Source: an uncultured Gammaproteobacteria bacterium (GTDB taxonomy: Bacteria; Pseudomonadota; Gammaproteobacteria; CAZYYU01). From it: 64,000 bases of DNA. The translations under genes and the position numbers were made by a program. The stretch is from contig CAZYYU010000002.1 in assembly GCA_964651735.1 (NCBI GenBank), forward strand, positions 69,931 through 133,930. The letters are read 5' to 3'. Positions within the stretch are counted from its first letter, which is position 1. Each line of letters begins with the position of its first letter. Below the pieces are notes generated by a model. It ran no database searches. It was not told where the DNA came from and saw nothing but the letters and a program-made list of their open reading frames with translations. Positions 36,667-46,673 of this stretch are shown here, one piece after another.

Positions 36667-37674
36667 ATGGAATTTTTACTAAATTACGGATTATTTCTTG
36701 CAAAAGCCATCACCATCATTATTTCAATCATGATAATCGTAGGTTTTTTTGCATTGATATTGATCAAAGAAAAAGATCAAAAACATCGTTTGATTATTAA
36801 AAATATCAACAAAAAATATCGGGAATTTGCAGACACCCTCAATGATGAGATACTGAGTAAAAAGAAACTCAAAGAATACAGAAAAGAACAGAAATTACTC
36901 GAAAAAGAACGGGAAAAAGACGATAATCGTAAGCGATTATTTGTGTTAAATTTTAGTGGTGACATCCGTGCCACTGCCTGCAAAGTTCTTTGTAATGAAG
37001 TCTCGGCCATATTAACCATCGCGACTGAAAATGACGAAGTCTTAGTGCGATTGGAAAGTGGAGGTGGATTAGTTCATGCCTATGGATTAGGCGCTTCCAT
37101 ACTCCAACGTATTCGAGAGGCCAAAATTCCACTCACCGTTGCCGTTGATAAGGTTGCCGCCAGTGGTGGCTACATGATGGCTTGCGTTGCAGACAGAATC
37201 ATCGCAGCCCCCTTTGCAGTGCTTGGCTCAATTGGTGTCATCGTGGGTGTACCCAACATTAATCGCCTCATGAAAAAACATAATATCGAATATGAACAAG
37301 TGATGGCCGGAGAATATAAGCGTACATTAACTGTGTTGGGCGAAAACACTAAAAAAGACCGAGAAAAAGTCCAAGAAGATGTGGATAGAGTTCATATCCT
37401 CTTCAAAAACTTCGTTGCTCAACATCGCCCTGCCATTAATATCAATACCGTATCAACGGGAGAACATTGGCATGCTATAGAAGCGCAAAAAATGCATTTG
37501 GTCGATCAAATTTTGACCAGTGAAGATTATTTGATACAAGCCTCAAAACATTCTGATATATATGAGGTTAAAATTGCTGGAAAAAAACAATTAGTGGAAA
37601 AACTTTCATCTGGGGTCCATACTGTTATACATTCACTTTTCGATAGTATACGCAAGGAAGAGACACTGATGTAA
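36667..37674 (+). CDS. sohB: Inner-membrane peptidase SohB (S49 family).
   Basis: N-terminal TM helix, then the S49 core AASGGYMMACVADRIIAAPFAVLGSIGV. Confidence 0.88.
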   Translation: MEFLLNYGLFLAKAITIIISIMIIVGFFALILIKEKDQKHRLIIKNINKKYREFADTLNDEILSKKKLKEYRKEQKLLEKEREKDDNRKRLFVLNFSGDIRATACKVLCNEVSAILTIATENDEVLVRLESGGGLVHAYGLGASILQRIREAKIPLTVAVDKVAASGGYMMACVADRIIAAPFAVLGSIGVIVGVPNINRLMKKHNIEYEQVMAGEYKRTLTVLGENTKKDREKVQEDVDRVHILFKNFVAQHRPAININTVSTGEHWHAIEAQKMHLVDQILTSEDYLIQASKHSDIYEVKIAGKKQLVEKLSSGVHTVIHSLFDSIRKEETLM

Positions 37675-37687
37675 AGGAGGTCACACT

Positions 37688-38044
37688 ATGTCTAGCGCGA
37701 TCAATTGGGAGCAATGTGTAGAATTAGCCGGCGGCAAAGAAGAAGTTGCCAAAGAACTGTTGGAAATGTTCGTTAACGAACTACCTGATGTCAATGAAAA
37801 TTTACGTCAAGCATTCAAGGCCCAAAATCTTGCAAATTTAGAAGATATCGTGCATAAATTACATGGTGGAAGTTGCTATTGCGGCGTTCCCAACTTAAAA
37901 AAAGCAGCGGCAACCCTCGAAAAATATCTCAAAACGGAATGGCCTGAAGCAAACAGTCCAGAATTATCGAAACGGTATGCCACTTTGATCACCGCTATTA
38001 AAGAAGTCATTGAGGCATATGAACAAGAATTTGAAAAACTTTGA
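37688..38044 (+). CDS. Stand-alone Hpt (histidine phosphotransfer) domain protein.
   Basis: The HKLHGGSCYCG motif fits the Hpt HxxKG core, and the ~118-aa size suits a four-helix bundle. Confidence 0.7.
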   Translation: MSSAINWEQCVELAGGKEEVAKELLEMFVNELPDVNENLRQAFKAQNLANLEDIVHKLHGGSCYCGVPNLKKAAATLEKYLKTEWPEANSPELSKRYATLITAIKEVIEAYEQEFEKL

Positions 38045-38729
38045 TCAAAATGAAATAGCTAAGTTTGCCAACTTAGCTGAAAAATGGTGGGATTTACAAG
38101 GTGAATTTAAACCCTTACACGATATCAACCCACTACGTTTAAAATTCATCCAAGACCAAGTCGTCCTTAAAGGAAAAAACCTAATAGACATCGGTTGCGG
38201 CGGTGGAATTTTGTCTGAAAGTATGGCCATCGCAAATGCAATCGTCACTGGTGTAGATTTAGCCCAAGAAAGTATTGCTATCGCGATCGCACATGCAAAA
38301 AAAAATAATTTATCAATTAATTATTTATGCGAAGACATTGAAAAAATTGCAGAAAATAATCCCGAAAAATTCGATATACTCACTTGTATGGAATTACTAG
38401 AGCACGTACCAGACCCTGCAAAAATGGTGAAAACCTGTGCCTCATTAGTGAAACCCGGAGGGCATATTTTTTTCTCCACCATCAATCGAAATTGGAAATC
38501 CTATCTAAAAGCCATCGTTGGCGCAGAATATCTGCTACGAATTTTACCCATCGGCACACACGACTATACCAAACTCATCAAACCCAGCGAATTAGAATCC
38601 TGGTGTCGTGCAGCCAGTATTCACTGGAAAGAAATCCTAGGCCTCAACTATAATCCTCTCACTGACACCTTCAGTACAACACCGAATGTTGAGGTGAATT
38701 ATATGGTTTATGCTATTAAAGAAAATTAA
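38019..38729 (+). CDS. ubiG: Bifunctional 2-polyprenyl-6-hydroxyphenol / 3-demethylubiquinol O-methyltransferase.
   Basis: FDQNEIAKFANLAEKWWD N-terminus and the SAM motif DIGCGGGILSE. ATG 38019; overlaps the Hpt gene by 26 nt. Confidence 0.92.
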   Translation: MNKNLKNFDQNEIAKFANLAEKWWDLQGEFKPLHDINPLRLKFIQDQVVLKGKNLIDIGCGGGILSESMAIANAIVTGVDLAQESIAIAIAHAKKNNLSINYLCEDIEKIAENNPEKFDILTCMELLEHVPDPAKMVKTCASLVKPGGHIFFSTINRNWKSYLKAIVGAEYLLRILPIGTHDYTKLIKPSELESWCRAASIHWKEILGLNYNPLTDTFSTTPNVEVNYMVYAIKEN

Positions 38730-38758
38730 GGTATAATGGCCACTTCTAGGAGGGTTAA

Positions 38759-39424
38759 ATGCTACATCAAAACATCAACACCGTTTTATTCGATTTAGAC
38801 GGAACATTACTGGACAGCGCACCAGATTTAGCAAACGCCTTAAATAATACCCTAGCTAAATTAGGTAAACCCCCTATTCAACACAGTGCAATACGAGAAG
38901 TCGTTTCTTTAGGTGGAGAAGCCATGGTCAAATTGTGCTTTGGAATTACTCCTTCTCATAAGAATTATAAAAAAATTCATGGTGATTTTAGAGCAGATTA
39001 TGCAGAAAATATTTGTGTGGACACGGTAATGTTTCCAGGTATCGCAGAACTACTGACACATATAGAATCCAAAGGTTTTCAATGGGGAATAGTGACCGAC
39101 AAACCAGAATATCTCACATTAAAAGTTCTAAAAAAAATTGGATTGATCGATAGAGCAGCCTGTATCATTTCAGGTGACTCTATTCCTTTTCGCAAACCTT
39201 CTCCTGAGCCTCTCCTACATGCATGCAAATTAATCAATACAAAACCCGAAAATTGTATTTATATAGGTGATGCCGAACGCGATATTCAAGCAGCAAATAG
39301 CGCAAATATTTATTCTATTGCAGCTTTGTATGGCTATATTTCAAAAGATGTTGATCCAAAAAGTTGGCAAGCAAAATATTACATTAACCATCCTAAAGAA
39401 TTAATTCTAAATCACATTATATAA
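38759..39424 (+). CDS. gph: HAD-family phosphatase (phosphoglycolate phosphatase / MupP-like).
   Basis: FDLDGTLLDS motif I and a GDAERD motif. Conserved position downstream of ubiG. Confidence 0.8.
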   Translation: MLHQNINTVLFDLDGTLLDSAPDLANALNNTLAKLGKPPIQHSAIREVVSLGGEAMVKLCFGITPSHKNYKKIHGDFRADYAENICVDTVMFPGIAELLTHIESKGFQWGIVTDKPEYLTLKVLKKIGLIDRAACIISGDSIPFRKPSPEPLLHACKLINTKPENCIYIGDAERDIQAANSANIYSIAALYGYISKDVDPKSWQAKYYINHPKELILNHII

Positions 39425-39449
39425 ATTTGCCTGCAGTATTAAGAGAATC

Positions 39450-40250
39450 TCAAATGTCCAGTGAATGCAAAAAAGTTTGAACAACCTTTGCAAAACGCTC
39501 GGGCTGATCATGCGGAACTCCGTGACCTGCTTCTGGAATTTGTACGACTTCCAAGTGTTGATTGAGGCCTGCAATTTCAGCAGCTAGCGCAGGAGTAACT
39601 ACTGCACCATTATCACCAATAATGAGCAAACTCGGAATTTCAATCATCTTGATCAACTGCAAATAATCGGGATTTGGTGGCCTCAGAATATCGAAGGCCA
39701 GAATGCTAGTTTGAAATCTTGCTTGAGCAAATAATTCAATAACTTCCGATGATCGGCGACTCTGTCGACTACGAAGCTCAGCCAAATAATCTTCCCATGG
39801 TCGATTAAGAATTTGACGATGCTGATTTGCCACATCACTTTGGTAAACTTCGTGTTGTCGCTCTAAGCTCAGAAAGGTCGGATCAGCCAAGATAAGCCCA
39901 CGTAGACGCTTAGGGCTTTGACTGGCGACCACTGCTGCCGTCATACCTCCCATTGAATGCCCAAGCAGCACAGGATTCTTAAGTTTAAGCATATCGATTA
40001 GACCCACAACATCAGCTGAGAGATTCTCATAGCAGTAACCACTATCTGGGGTGCTAGAGTAACCATGACCTCGAGAATCCGGCATCACGATATCAAAATC
40101 CGCCTCCAGTGCCCTCGCCAAAGGGGTCCAACACGCGCCACTCGTCATAAGCCCATGCAGCAGAACAAGCGAAGGCTTATCACCACCCGTTCGAAGGTAG
40201 TTCAGCTCAACACCATTTACTTCACAACTTCCTCGTTTCCAAGCACTCAT
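39450..40250 (-). CDS. Alpha/beta-fold hydrolase.
   Basis: Nucleophile elbow GHSMGG, HG oxyanion motif LLHGL, C-terminal His. ATG 40250 with a GGAGGGGG SD is preferred over the track start 40277. Confidence 0.8.
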   Translation of the reverse strand: MSAWKRGSCEVNGVELNYLRTGGDKPSLVLLHGLMTSGACWTPLARALEADFDIVMPDSRGHGYSSTPDSGYCYENLSADVVGLIDMLKLKNPVLLGHSMGGMTAAVVASQSPKRLRGLILADPTFLSLERQHEVYQSDVANQHRQILNRPWEDYLAELRSRQSRRSSEVIELFAQARFQTSILAFDILRPPNPDYLQLIKMIEIPSLLIIGDNGAVVTPALAAEIAGLNQHLEVVQIPEAGHGVPHDQPERFAKVVQTFLHSLDI

Positions 40251-40508
40251 CACACCCCCTCCAAAGAATTTCTCCACAGTGTCGGGCTTAACTTCTTAGC
40301 CCAAAATGCCAAAATCGTTATAAGAATTTAATTAAATTATTCGTTATATTAAATTTTTTTTATCTATTTTCTCAAATCTACATTTAAATACCAAAAAAAT
40401 ATCTTCGATTTAATTTTATCTTAAGTTTATTTTGATTAAATCAAATTGCGTTGATCTTAGTTTATTTAACAATGCTTAGTACAGTGTTATTAAGCAAGGA
40501 GTTTAAAT

Positions 40509-41390
40509 ATGAGTACTGGTAATGCGATTGAATTAACACGTGATTTGATTCGATTAAATGCTGAGAAGGCTAAGCTAGATCAAGAAATTAAATCACTTTC
40601 ACTGTTAATCGATCAAAAAAAAGAATCTCTGCAACATAATCGTCACCTGCTTGAATTAGCTAAAGACAAACCGATGACAAATAATGAAAAAATTGCCTTT
40701 AATCGATATACAGATCGAGTAAATGAGGAAGCAAATGCTTTAGAAGGATTAATTACACGGAATACGGAATTGAATGTTAAGAAAGTTGAATTGATCGGAA
40801 AAATTGCGCTAACACAAACTGCCCTCAAACTAACTTTAGATGATCAGAAATATAAAATTAAAGATTCTAGTGTTCATCTGAATGACCCACTGAGAACGAC
40901 AGCGGATGCTATAGCAGATGAGTTTTATTCAAAACAACATAAGCAAATAGTCATCACTGACGGAGTGAGAAGGCCTGAAGATCAGGCTAGTGCGATGTAT
41001 ACCAAAATGAAATTAGGTGAAAATCCAGTCAGTCTTTACGCGAATAAAGACGCAGCTAAGGAAATTAAAAAGGCTTACGATGCACATAAAACGGAATCAA
41101 GTAGTGATGCAATCAAAGCAATTACTGCAGTCATCGAAGCACAAATTCATAAAGGTGTGTATATTTCTAAGCACCTTCGTGGCGCTGGCCTTGATATCAG
41201 GGACAAAGATTTATCGAAGACAGAAAAATCTACTTTAGAAACGATTATTCGGCAGTATAAAGAGCTTTCTTTACTGAAAGAAGGAAAACCACCTCACTTC
41301 CATGTAGAGGTGGCTGCAAATAAACTGAAAGTGGAGTCAGCCCCTGTGGACCAAAGCAAAGCAGAAAATAGTGGGCCTAAAATGAGATAA
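40509..41390 (+). CDS. Coiled-coil protein with a C-terminal LAS/M15-type zinc peptidase signature.
   Basis: The N-terminal ~110 aa have heptad-like coiled-coil character. C-terminal SKHLRGAGLD (H-x6-D, about nt 41166-41198) and PPHFHVEV (HxH, about nt 41290-41315). No signal peptide. AAGGAG SD. Confidence 0.65.
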   Translation: MSTGNAIELTRDLIRLNAEKAKLDQEIKSLSLLIDQKKESLQHNRHLLELAKDKPMTNNEKIAFNRYTDRVNEEANALEGLITRNTELNVKKVELIGKIALTQTALKLTLDDQKYKIKDSSVHLNDPLRTTADAIADEFYSKQHKQIVITDGVRRPEDQASAMYTKMKLGENPVSLYANKDAAKEIKKAYDAHKTESSSDAIKAITAVIEAQIHKGVYISKHLRGAGLDIRDKDLSKTEKSTLETIIRQYKELSLLKEGKPPHFHVEVAANKLKVESAPVDQSKAENSGPKMR

Positions 41391-41407
41391 TGAGAAAAGG
41401 ACCGTTG

Positions 41408-41431
41408 TCATCCCGGCGAAAGCCGGGATGA
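41408..41431. terminator. Hairpin between convergent genes; single-arm copy of the GTCATCCCGGCGAA(A/G)GCCGGGAT repeat, probably a bidirectional terminator.
   Basis: TCATCCCGGC-GAAA-GCCGGGATGA is a 10-bp GC-rich stem with a GNRA-like loop, located between the 41390 stop and the pepN stop at 41447. Confidence 0.55.
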
Positions 41432-41446
41432 TAGCAATTTAGTGTT

Positions 41447-44068
41447 TTAGCCTAATGCTTTTGATACCTTTTCATACACATCACTCGATAAAGTTTTAAC
41501 CGACGCCATGTGTTGAAGTTGTTTTCTCATCAAAGCTTGGCGATGGGCATCAAATTTGCGCCATCGAATTAAGGGATCTACCAAACGTGCCGCCACTTGC
41601 GGATTAAATTTATCGATGTTGAGTACTTGTTCACCGACAAAATGATACCCCGCCCCATCCGCTTGATGAAAATGCAGATAATTATTATTCGCAAAAGCCA
41701 CCAAGAGAGAATAAACCCGATTAGGATTTTTTATATCGAAAAAGGAATTATTCATCAGCAATTTTACTTTATCCAAGGTTTGAGGCAATGTTGATGTGGC
41801 TTGTATAGCAAACCATTTGTCCAATAATAATGGATTGTTTTTTCGACCCTCAAAAAATTCTTCATACATTTGTGAACGTTCAGCACACTCAATATCTTTT
41901 AAAGCAATTAACGCACCCATCACATCGGTTAAATTATTGGCAGTTAAAAACTGTTGATAACACATATCCCAAATATCAGAATCATCTAGTGCAGCCAAAT
42001 ACCACAAACAAATATTTTTCAAACTGCGCCGCCCCATCGATTCCGCATCTAATTTATACAATCCATTTTCCTGATTATCTTTATAAAACTCAGCGAAATG
42101 CTCTTGCAGTCGATTTGCCAAATCACGCTTTAAAACTTCACGCACATAATAAATAGCATCCACATCGGCAACGTCCATTAACTCAATTAAATACGCTGGA
42201 CTTGGCAGGGATATTATTTCAGTAATAAAAGATTTTTCTAAAGAGGGATTTTCCAACACACTGGCGTAGGCATTTGCAAATTCATAAGGAACGCTAATAT
42301 CATTCCCTTTCTGATGCTCGGCAATTAATTTAAACATTACTCGACAGGCATATTGCTGAGCCGCGTCCCATCGATTAAAACCATCACTATCATTTCCCAT
42401 CAAAAATATGAGCTCTTCATCAGAATAAGGATAGTGTAATTTCACCGGTGCTGAAAAATGTCGTAACAAAGAAGGAATTGGTTTGGTTTTGACTTTTTCA
42501 AAAGTAAAGGATTGTTTTTTTTCAGTAACATTCAAAACAGAAGGTCTTTTATTTTTTTCATCACCTGAAATAATGAGTGGAATATCATCTCCATTTTCAT
42601 TGACCAATCCCACTGTTAGCGGAATATGAAAAGGTTCTTTCTTAGATTGAGTGATATGCAAGCTAAAGGTTTTATCCTTTTCATTATATTCGCTGCTGAC
42701 ATCTACCACAGGTGTTCCTGCCTCATCATACCATCGTCGAAATTGTGTTAAATCCACGCCTCCCACTTCTTCCATTACATCCACAAAATCTTCGGTGGTG
42801 ACAGCTTTTCCATCAAATCGTTTAAAATATTCATTCATTGCTTGCTTAAATTTATTTTCACCAATAATCGTCTGAATCATGCGAATCACTTCAGATCCTT
42901 TATTGTAGACAGTCACCGTATAAAAATTATTAATTTCAATATAAGATTTGGGACGAATTGGATGAGACATTGGTCCTGCATCTTGTGCAAATTGTGAATT
43001 ACGAATCACCTGAACATCATTAATTCTTTTTACCGCCTGTGATGTCATATCTGCCGTGAAATTTTGATCCCTAAAAATAGTTAATCCTTCTTTTAAGGTA
43101 ATTTGAAACCAATCACGAACCGTAACTCGATTACCAGACCAATTATGAAAATATTCATGACCAATCACACTTTGAATGCCCACATAATCTGCGTCAGTCG
43201 CGGTATCTGGTCTTGCTAATATATATTTATCATTAAAAATATTTAAACCTTTGTTTTCCATTGCTCCCATATTGAAATCGCTAACAGCAACAATCATATA
43301 AATATTTAAATCATATTCACGATGATAAGTTTCCTCATCCCACTTCATTGCTCGTTTTAATGAATCCATAGCATGAGCTGCTTGATCTACATTGCCCTTC
43401 TCAACATAAATTTCCAGAGCAATTTCTCGATCTGACATTGTTATAAAAGAATCTTGTAAACACTCATAATCTCCAGCAACCAAGGCAAATAAATAACAAG
43501 GTTTTAAAGAAGGATCTTCCCATTTCACCCAATATCGCCCATCACCCAAATCTTTTTGATCAATTCTATTTCCATTTGACAATAAAACAGGATAGCGTTC
43601 TTTATCTGCTGTTATAGTGGTGGTAAATCGAGTTAATACATCGGGACGATCGGGAAAATATGTGATACGTCTAAAGCCTTGAGCCTCACACTGTGTACAA
43701 TAGTTGCCTCTTGAAGTGTATAAGCCCGTTAGTGCTTTATTTTCCTGGGGTTTAATACGAACACTGGTTTCTAGAATACATTGGTCAGGCAGCTCAAAAA
43801 TCGTTAATGTCTCGGCATTGACTTTATATTTGCCCTTAGGCAACTCATGGCCATCCAGATAAACACTGATCAATTCCATCTTCTCCCCGTTGAGCACTAA
43901 TGGGGACGTTTTGGCCCCAGTTTTAGAGGCTCGTTCTAGGTGCAATATTGTATTGACTATGGTATAATCATCTTTTAAATCGAAATGTAGATAAACATTA
44001 TTGATAACATAGTCTAGTGGTTTGTAGTCATCTAAATAGATCACTGTTGTGTTAGTAGCATTAGCCAT
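41447..44068 (-). CDS. pepN: Aminopeptidase N (M1 family).
   Basis: GAMENKGLNIF exopeptidase motif and the HEYFHNWSGNRVT zinc motif. ATG 44068 (MANATNTTVIYLDDYKP) with a GGAGTG SD is preferred over the track start 44155. Confidence 0.93.
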   Translation of the reverse strand: MANATNTTVIYLDDYKPLDYVINNVYLHFDLKDDYTIVNTILHLERASKTGAKTSPLVLNGEKMELISVYLDGHELPKGKYKVNAETLTIFELPDQCILETSVRIKPQENKALTGLYTSRGNYCTQCEAQGFRRITYFPDRPDVLTRFTTTITADKERYPVLLSNGNRIDQKDLGDGRYWVKWEDPSLKPCYLFALVAGDYECLQDSFITMSDREIALEIYVEKGNVDQAAHAMDSLKRAMKWDEETYHREYDLNIYMIVAVSDFNMGAMENKGLNIFNDKYILARPDTATDADYVGIQSVIGHEYFHNWSGNRVTVRDWFQITLKEGLTIFRDQNFTADMTSQAVKRINDVQVIRNSQFAQDAGPMSHPIRPKSYIEINNFYTVTVYNKGSEVIRMIQTIIGENKFKQAMNEYFKRFDGKAVTTEDFVDVMEEVGGVDLTQFRRWYDEAGTPVVDVSSEYNEKDKTFSLHITQSKKEPFHIPLTVGLVNENGDDIPLIISGDEKNKRPSVLNVTEKKQSFTFEKVKTKPIPSLLRHFSAPVKLHYPYSDEELIFLMGNDSDGFNRWDAAQQYACRVMFKLIAEHQKGNDISVPYEFANAYASVLENPSLEKSFITEIISLPSPAYLIELMDVADVDAIYYVREVLKRDLANRLQEHFAEFYKDNQENGLYKLDAESMGRRSLKNICLWYLAALDDSDIWDMCYQQFLTANNLTDVMGALIALKDIECAERSQMYEEFFEGRKNNPLLLDKWFAIQATSTLPQTLDKVKLLMNNSFFDIKNPNRVYSLLVAFANNNYLHFHQADGAGYHFVGEQVLNIDKFNPQVAARLVDPLIRWRKFDAHRQALMRKQLQHMASVKTLSSDVYEKVSKALG

Positions 44069-44149
44069 GGATAGCACTCCTACTTGTTTTGCTCCAAAAG
44101 AGCAGTATATGTAATTTTGTTTTGTCATGAAAGTATAACGAGGTGTTTT

Positions 44150-45490
44150 ATGCAAAATTCGGATGCGGTATCACGAACCTATGCTAGCGAACAATCTGTC
44201 GCTATATATTCAGGTGTTAACCTCAGAAAACATGTACTCCCTTGGATAATGTTTTCCATCGCAGCGATGTTTTATTGTTTTGCCTATTTCTTACGCGTTT
44301 CCCCTAGTATGATGGAAAATGAGCTGACCAGCCAATTTCATATTACAGCGACACAATTAGGAAACTTCAGCGCATTCTATTATTATGCATATACTCCATT
44401 ACAAATTCCTGTGGGTGTGATCGTCGATCGTTTTGGTTCTCGCATCGTTTTATCACTGGCAGCACTTTTAGCCTCAGCCGGTGTTTTTATGTTCGTCAGT
44501 ACAAATAACTTCCATATTGCATGCTTTAGCCGTTTTATGATGGGCTTCGGCGCAGCATTTGGATATATCACTGTTTTAAAAGTCGCTACTTATTGGTTAC
44601 CTTCCCGATTATTCGCAACTGCGGCAGGTCTCACTACCGCATTTGGTATGTCTGCAGCCATTTTAACCAATAACTACCTTGCAAAAGCCGTAAAATCCAT
44701 GGGATATAAACAATCCTTATTTTTCAGTGTGATTGCCGGTGTTGTATTGAGTGGTGTCATCTTCAGTCTTTTACGAAGCCGTCCAAAACCTGAACATTCT
44801 CACGGATTCGTATCCGAACACAAAACCACTTTTAAAGAGCTATTTTATAGTACGCTTCAACTCTTTAAGAACCCACAAATTTGGTACATTGGGCTTGTTG
44901 GGTGTTTATTATATCTACCTGCAACTGTATTTTTAGACCTGTGGGGTGTGCCCTATCTCGAAAGAGCTTATAAATTAAGCCATGTTGAAGCAGGCCTTGT
45001 AATATCAACGGTTTATATTGGATGGATCATCGGTGGACCCGTTATTGGCGCTATTTCTGATGGCATTAAATTACGTCGACTTCCTTTGCTCATTTCCTCA
45101 GTAATTTCCGCCATCATGATCGGCATTGTGTTTTATCTTCCCAATGTCCCCCTTTTCTGGGTTTATGTCTCCATGTTTATCTTAGGCGTCTCCTGTGGAT
45201 CACATCCCTTAGTATTCGCAATGGCTCGTGAAAACAGCTCACATCGTGTTTCTGGTACTGCTACAGCAGTAACCAATTGTTTGATCATGACCGGTGGTCT
45301 TGTTTTCCAACCTTTCGTTGGGTGGCTCATGGATATGCATTGGACAGGCCAATTGGCTAACGGTTTACGTGAATACTCTATCAGCGATTATAATTTTGCT
45401 TTAGCCATAGTTCCTATCGGTTTATTAGTGTCTATCGTGCTAACTCTACTGATACGTGAAACACACTGTTCAGTACCCGACCATAAATAA
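44150..45490 (+). CDS. MFS transporter.
   Basis: About 12 predicted TM segments and the DRFGSR loop motif. ATG 44150 with an AGGTG SD; the track start 44084 would overlap pepN. Confidence 0.8.
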   Translation: MQNSDAVSRTYASEQSVAIYSGVNLRKHVLPWIMFSIAAMFYCFAYFLRVSPSMMENELTSQFHITATQLGNFSAFYYYAYTPLQIPVGVIVDRFGSRIVLSLAALLASAGVFMFVSTNNFHIACFSRFMMGFGAAFGYITVLKVATYWLPSRLFATAAGLTTAFGMSAAILTNNYLAKAVKSMGYKQSLFFSVIAGVVLSGVIFSLLRSRPKPEHSHGFVSEHKTTFKELFYSTLQLFKNPQIWYIGLVGCLLYLPATVFLDLWGVPYLERAYKLSHVEAGLVISTVYIGWIIGGPVIGAISDGIKLRRLPLLISSVISAIMIGIVFYLPNVPLFWVYVSMFILGVSCGSHPLVFAMARENSSHRVSGTATAVTNCLIMTGGLVFQPFVGWLMDMHWTGQLANGLREYSISDYNFALAIVPIGLLVSIVLTLLIRETHCSVPDHK

Positions 45491-45496
45491 TTATTT

Positions 45497-45517
45497 CCTC
45501 CCCCTCCCAGGGGGAGG
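45497..45517. terminator. GC-rich hairpin between the convergent MFS and dnaQ genes.
   Basis: CCTCCCC-CTCCCAG-GGGGAGG is a 7-bp stem, related to the GCTCCCCC/GGGGGAGC hairpins at 34826 and 57920. Confidence 0.5.
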
Positions 45518-45520
45518 CCT

Positions 45521-46204
45521 TTAATCTTTAAAATAATCCCGATCCGCATTTAACTCATCAAGGGTAGCTGCAATAACCGGTATCCTCCCACTACGCTTTA
45601 CCTGCTTAAATGCTTCCACTTTTTGCCCCAAGGATTGTTGATGGATTACTTGTTCATTGAATAAACTTACTTGCTCACGTGTCATCGCACAATAAACATC
45701 CGCTAATAATTCAGAATCGAGTAGCGCGCCGTGCAAGGCACGATTACTGTTATCAACATTATATCTTCTGCAAAGTGCATCTAAACTATTTTTTTGACCA
45801 GGGTGTTTACGCCGTGCAAAACTGAGTGTGTCAAAAATCTGACAATAATGCGAAATATCCTGATATCCACAATTTGCCCGACGAATTTCATGATCCATAA
45901 AACTGGTATCGAAAGGTGCATTATGTATCACCAATTCACAACCTTTTAAATATTCGATTAAATCATGAATTATTTCTGCAAATTTTGGTTTATCACTCAG
46001 AAATTCAGCACTCAATCCATGCACTGCTAAGGCACCTGCATCAATATCACGTTCTGGATTTAGATATCGATGAAAATTATTTCCAGTGAGTCGACGATTG
46101 ATCATTTCAACGCAACCAACTTCAATAATTCTATGCCCTGCTTGAGGTGAAATTCCAGTTGTTTCTGTATCAAAAAAAACTTTTCTATCAATAACATTTT
46201 TCAT
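45521..46204 (-). CDS. dnaQ: DNA polymerase III epsilon subunit (3'-5' exonuclease).
   Basis: Exo motifs FDTETTG, HNAPFD and HGALLDSELLADVY. ATG 46204 lies 1 nt after the rnhA stop. Confidence 0.93.
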   Translation of the reverse strand: MKNVIDRKVFFDTETTGISPQAGHRIIEVGCVEMINRRLTGNNFHRYLNPERDIDAGALAVHGLSAEFLSDKPKFAEIIHDLIEYLKGCELVIHNAPFDTSFMDHEIRRANCGYQDISHYCQIFDTLSFARRKHPGQKNSLDALCRRYNVDNSNRALHGALLDSELLADVYCAMTREQVSLFNEQVIHQQSLGQKVEAFKQVKRSGRIPVIAATLDELNADRDYFKD

Positions 46205-46205
46205 T

Positions 46206-46646
46206 TCATTTTTTTCCCAGCATTTTATCAATCGCCTGATTCGCTAATTGATCTGCCCATTCATTTTCACGATGACCTGCGTGCCCTTTAATCCAATGCC
46301 AATTTATGATGTGCTTTTCACTTTCTTTTTCGAGTAATTCCCACAAATCTGAATTTTTAACAGGTTTTCTAGTACTATTTTTCCATCCATTTTTTTTCCA
46401 CTTCGGCAGCCAAAGTGTAATTCCATCTCGAACATATTTAGAATCGGTGGTCAAGTCCACCTCACATTTGCGCTTTAATGCTGCCAACGCTTCGATGGCA
46501 GCCTTTAATTCCATTCTGTTATTCGTGGTATGCTCTTCAGAGCCACTCAAGGTTTTTTCAACATTGCCTGCACGTAAGACCACACCCCAGCCACCTGGAC
46601 CTGGATTTCCCCGACAAGCACCGTCTGTGAATATTTCAACTCGCAT
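46206..46646 (-). CDS. rnhA: Ribonuclease HI.
   Basis: [19 protein letters not shown]-terminus and the TNNRMEL motif; 146 aa. Confidence 0.95.
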   Translation of the reverse strand: MRVEIFTDGACRGNPGPGGWGVVLRAGNVEKTLSGSEEHTTNNRMELKAAIEALAALKRKCEVDLTTDSKYVRDGITLWLPKWKKNGWKNSTRKPVKNSDLWELLEKESEKHIINWHWIKGHAGHRENEWADQLANQAIDKMLGKK

Positions 46647-46673
46647 GTAAAGCCCTTTCTATTATCATCAAAA

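Noticed and set aside
40278-40508. The AT-rich 230-nt intergenic region upstream of the LAS-peptidase-like gene, considered as a possible sRNA or origin-like element.
   Set aside because: I saw only weak, short imperfect palindromes (for example GGGCT-N10-AGCCC and TTGATTAAATCAA). A divergent promoter region is the simplest explanation.
44068-44155. N-terminal extensions in the ORF track that make pepN (to 44155) and the MFS gene (from 44084) overlap head-to-head by 72 nt.
   Set aside because: The internal ATGs at 44068 and 44150 each have a good SD (GGAGTG and AGGTG) and give canonical N-termini. The extensions are probably not translated.
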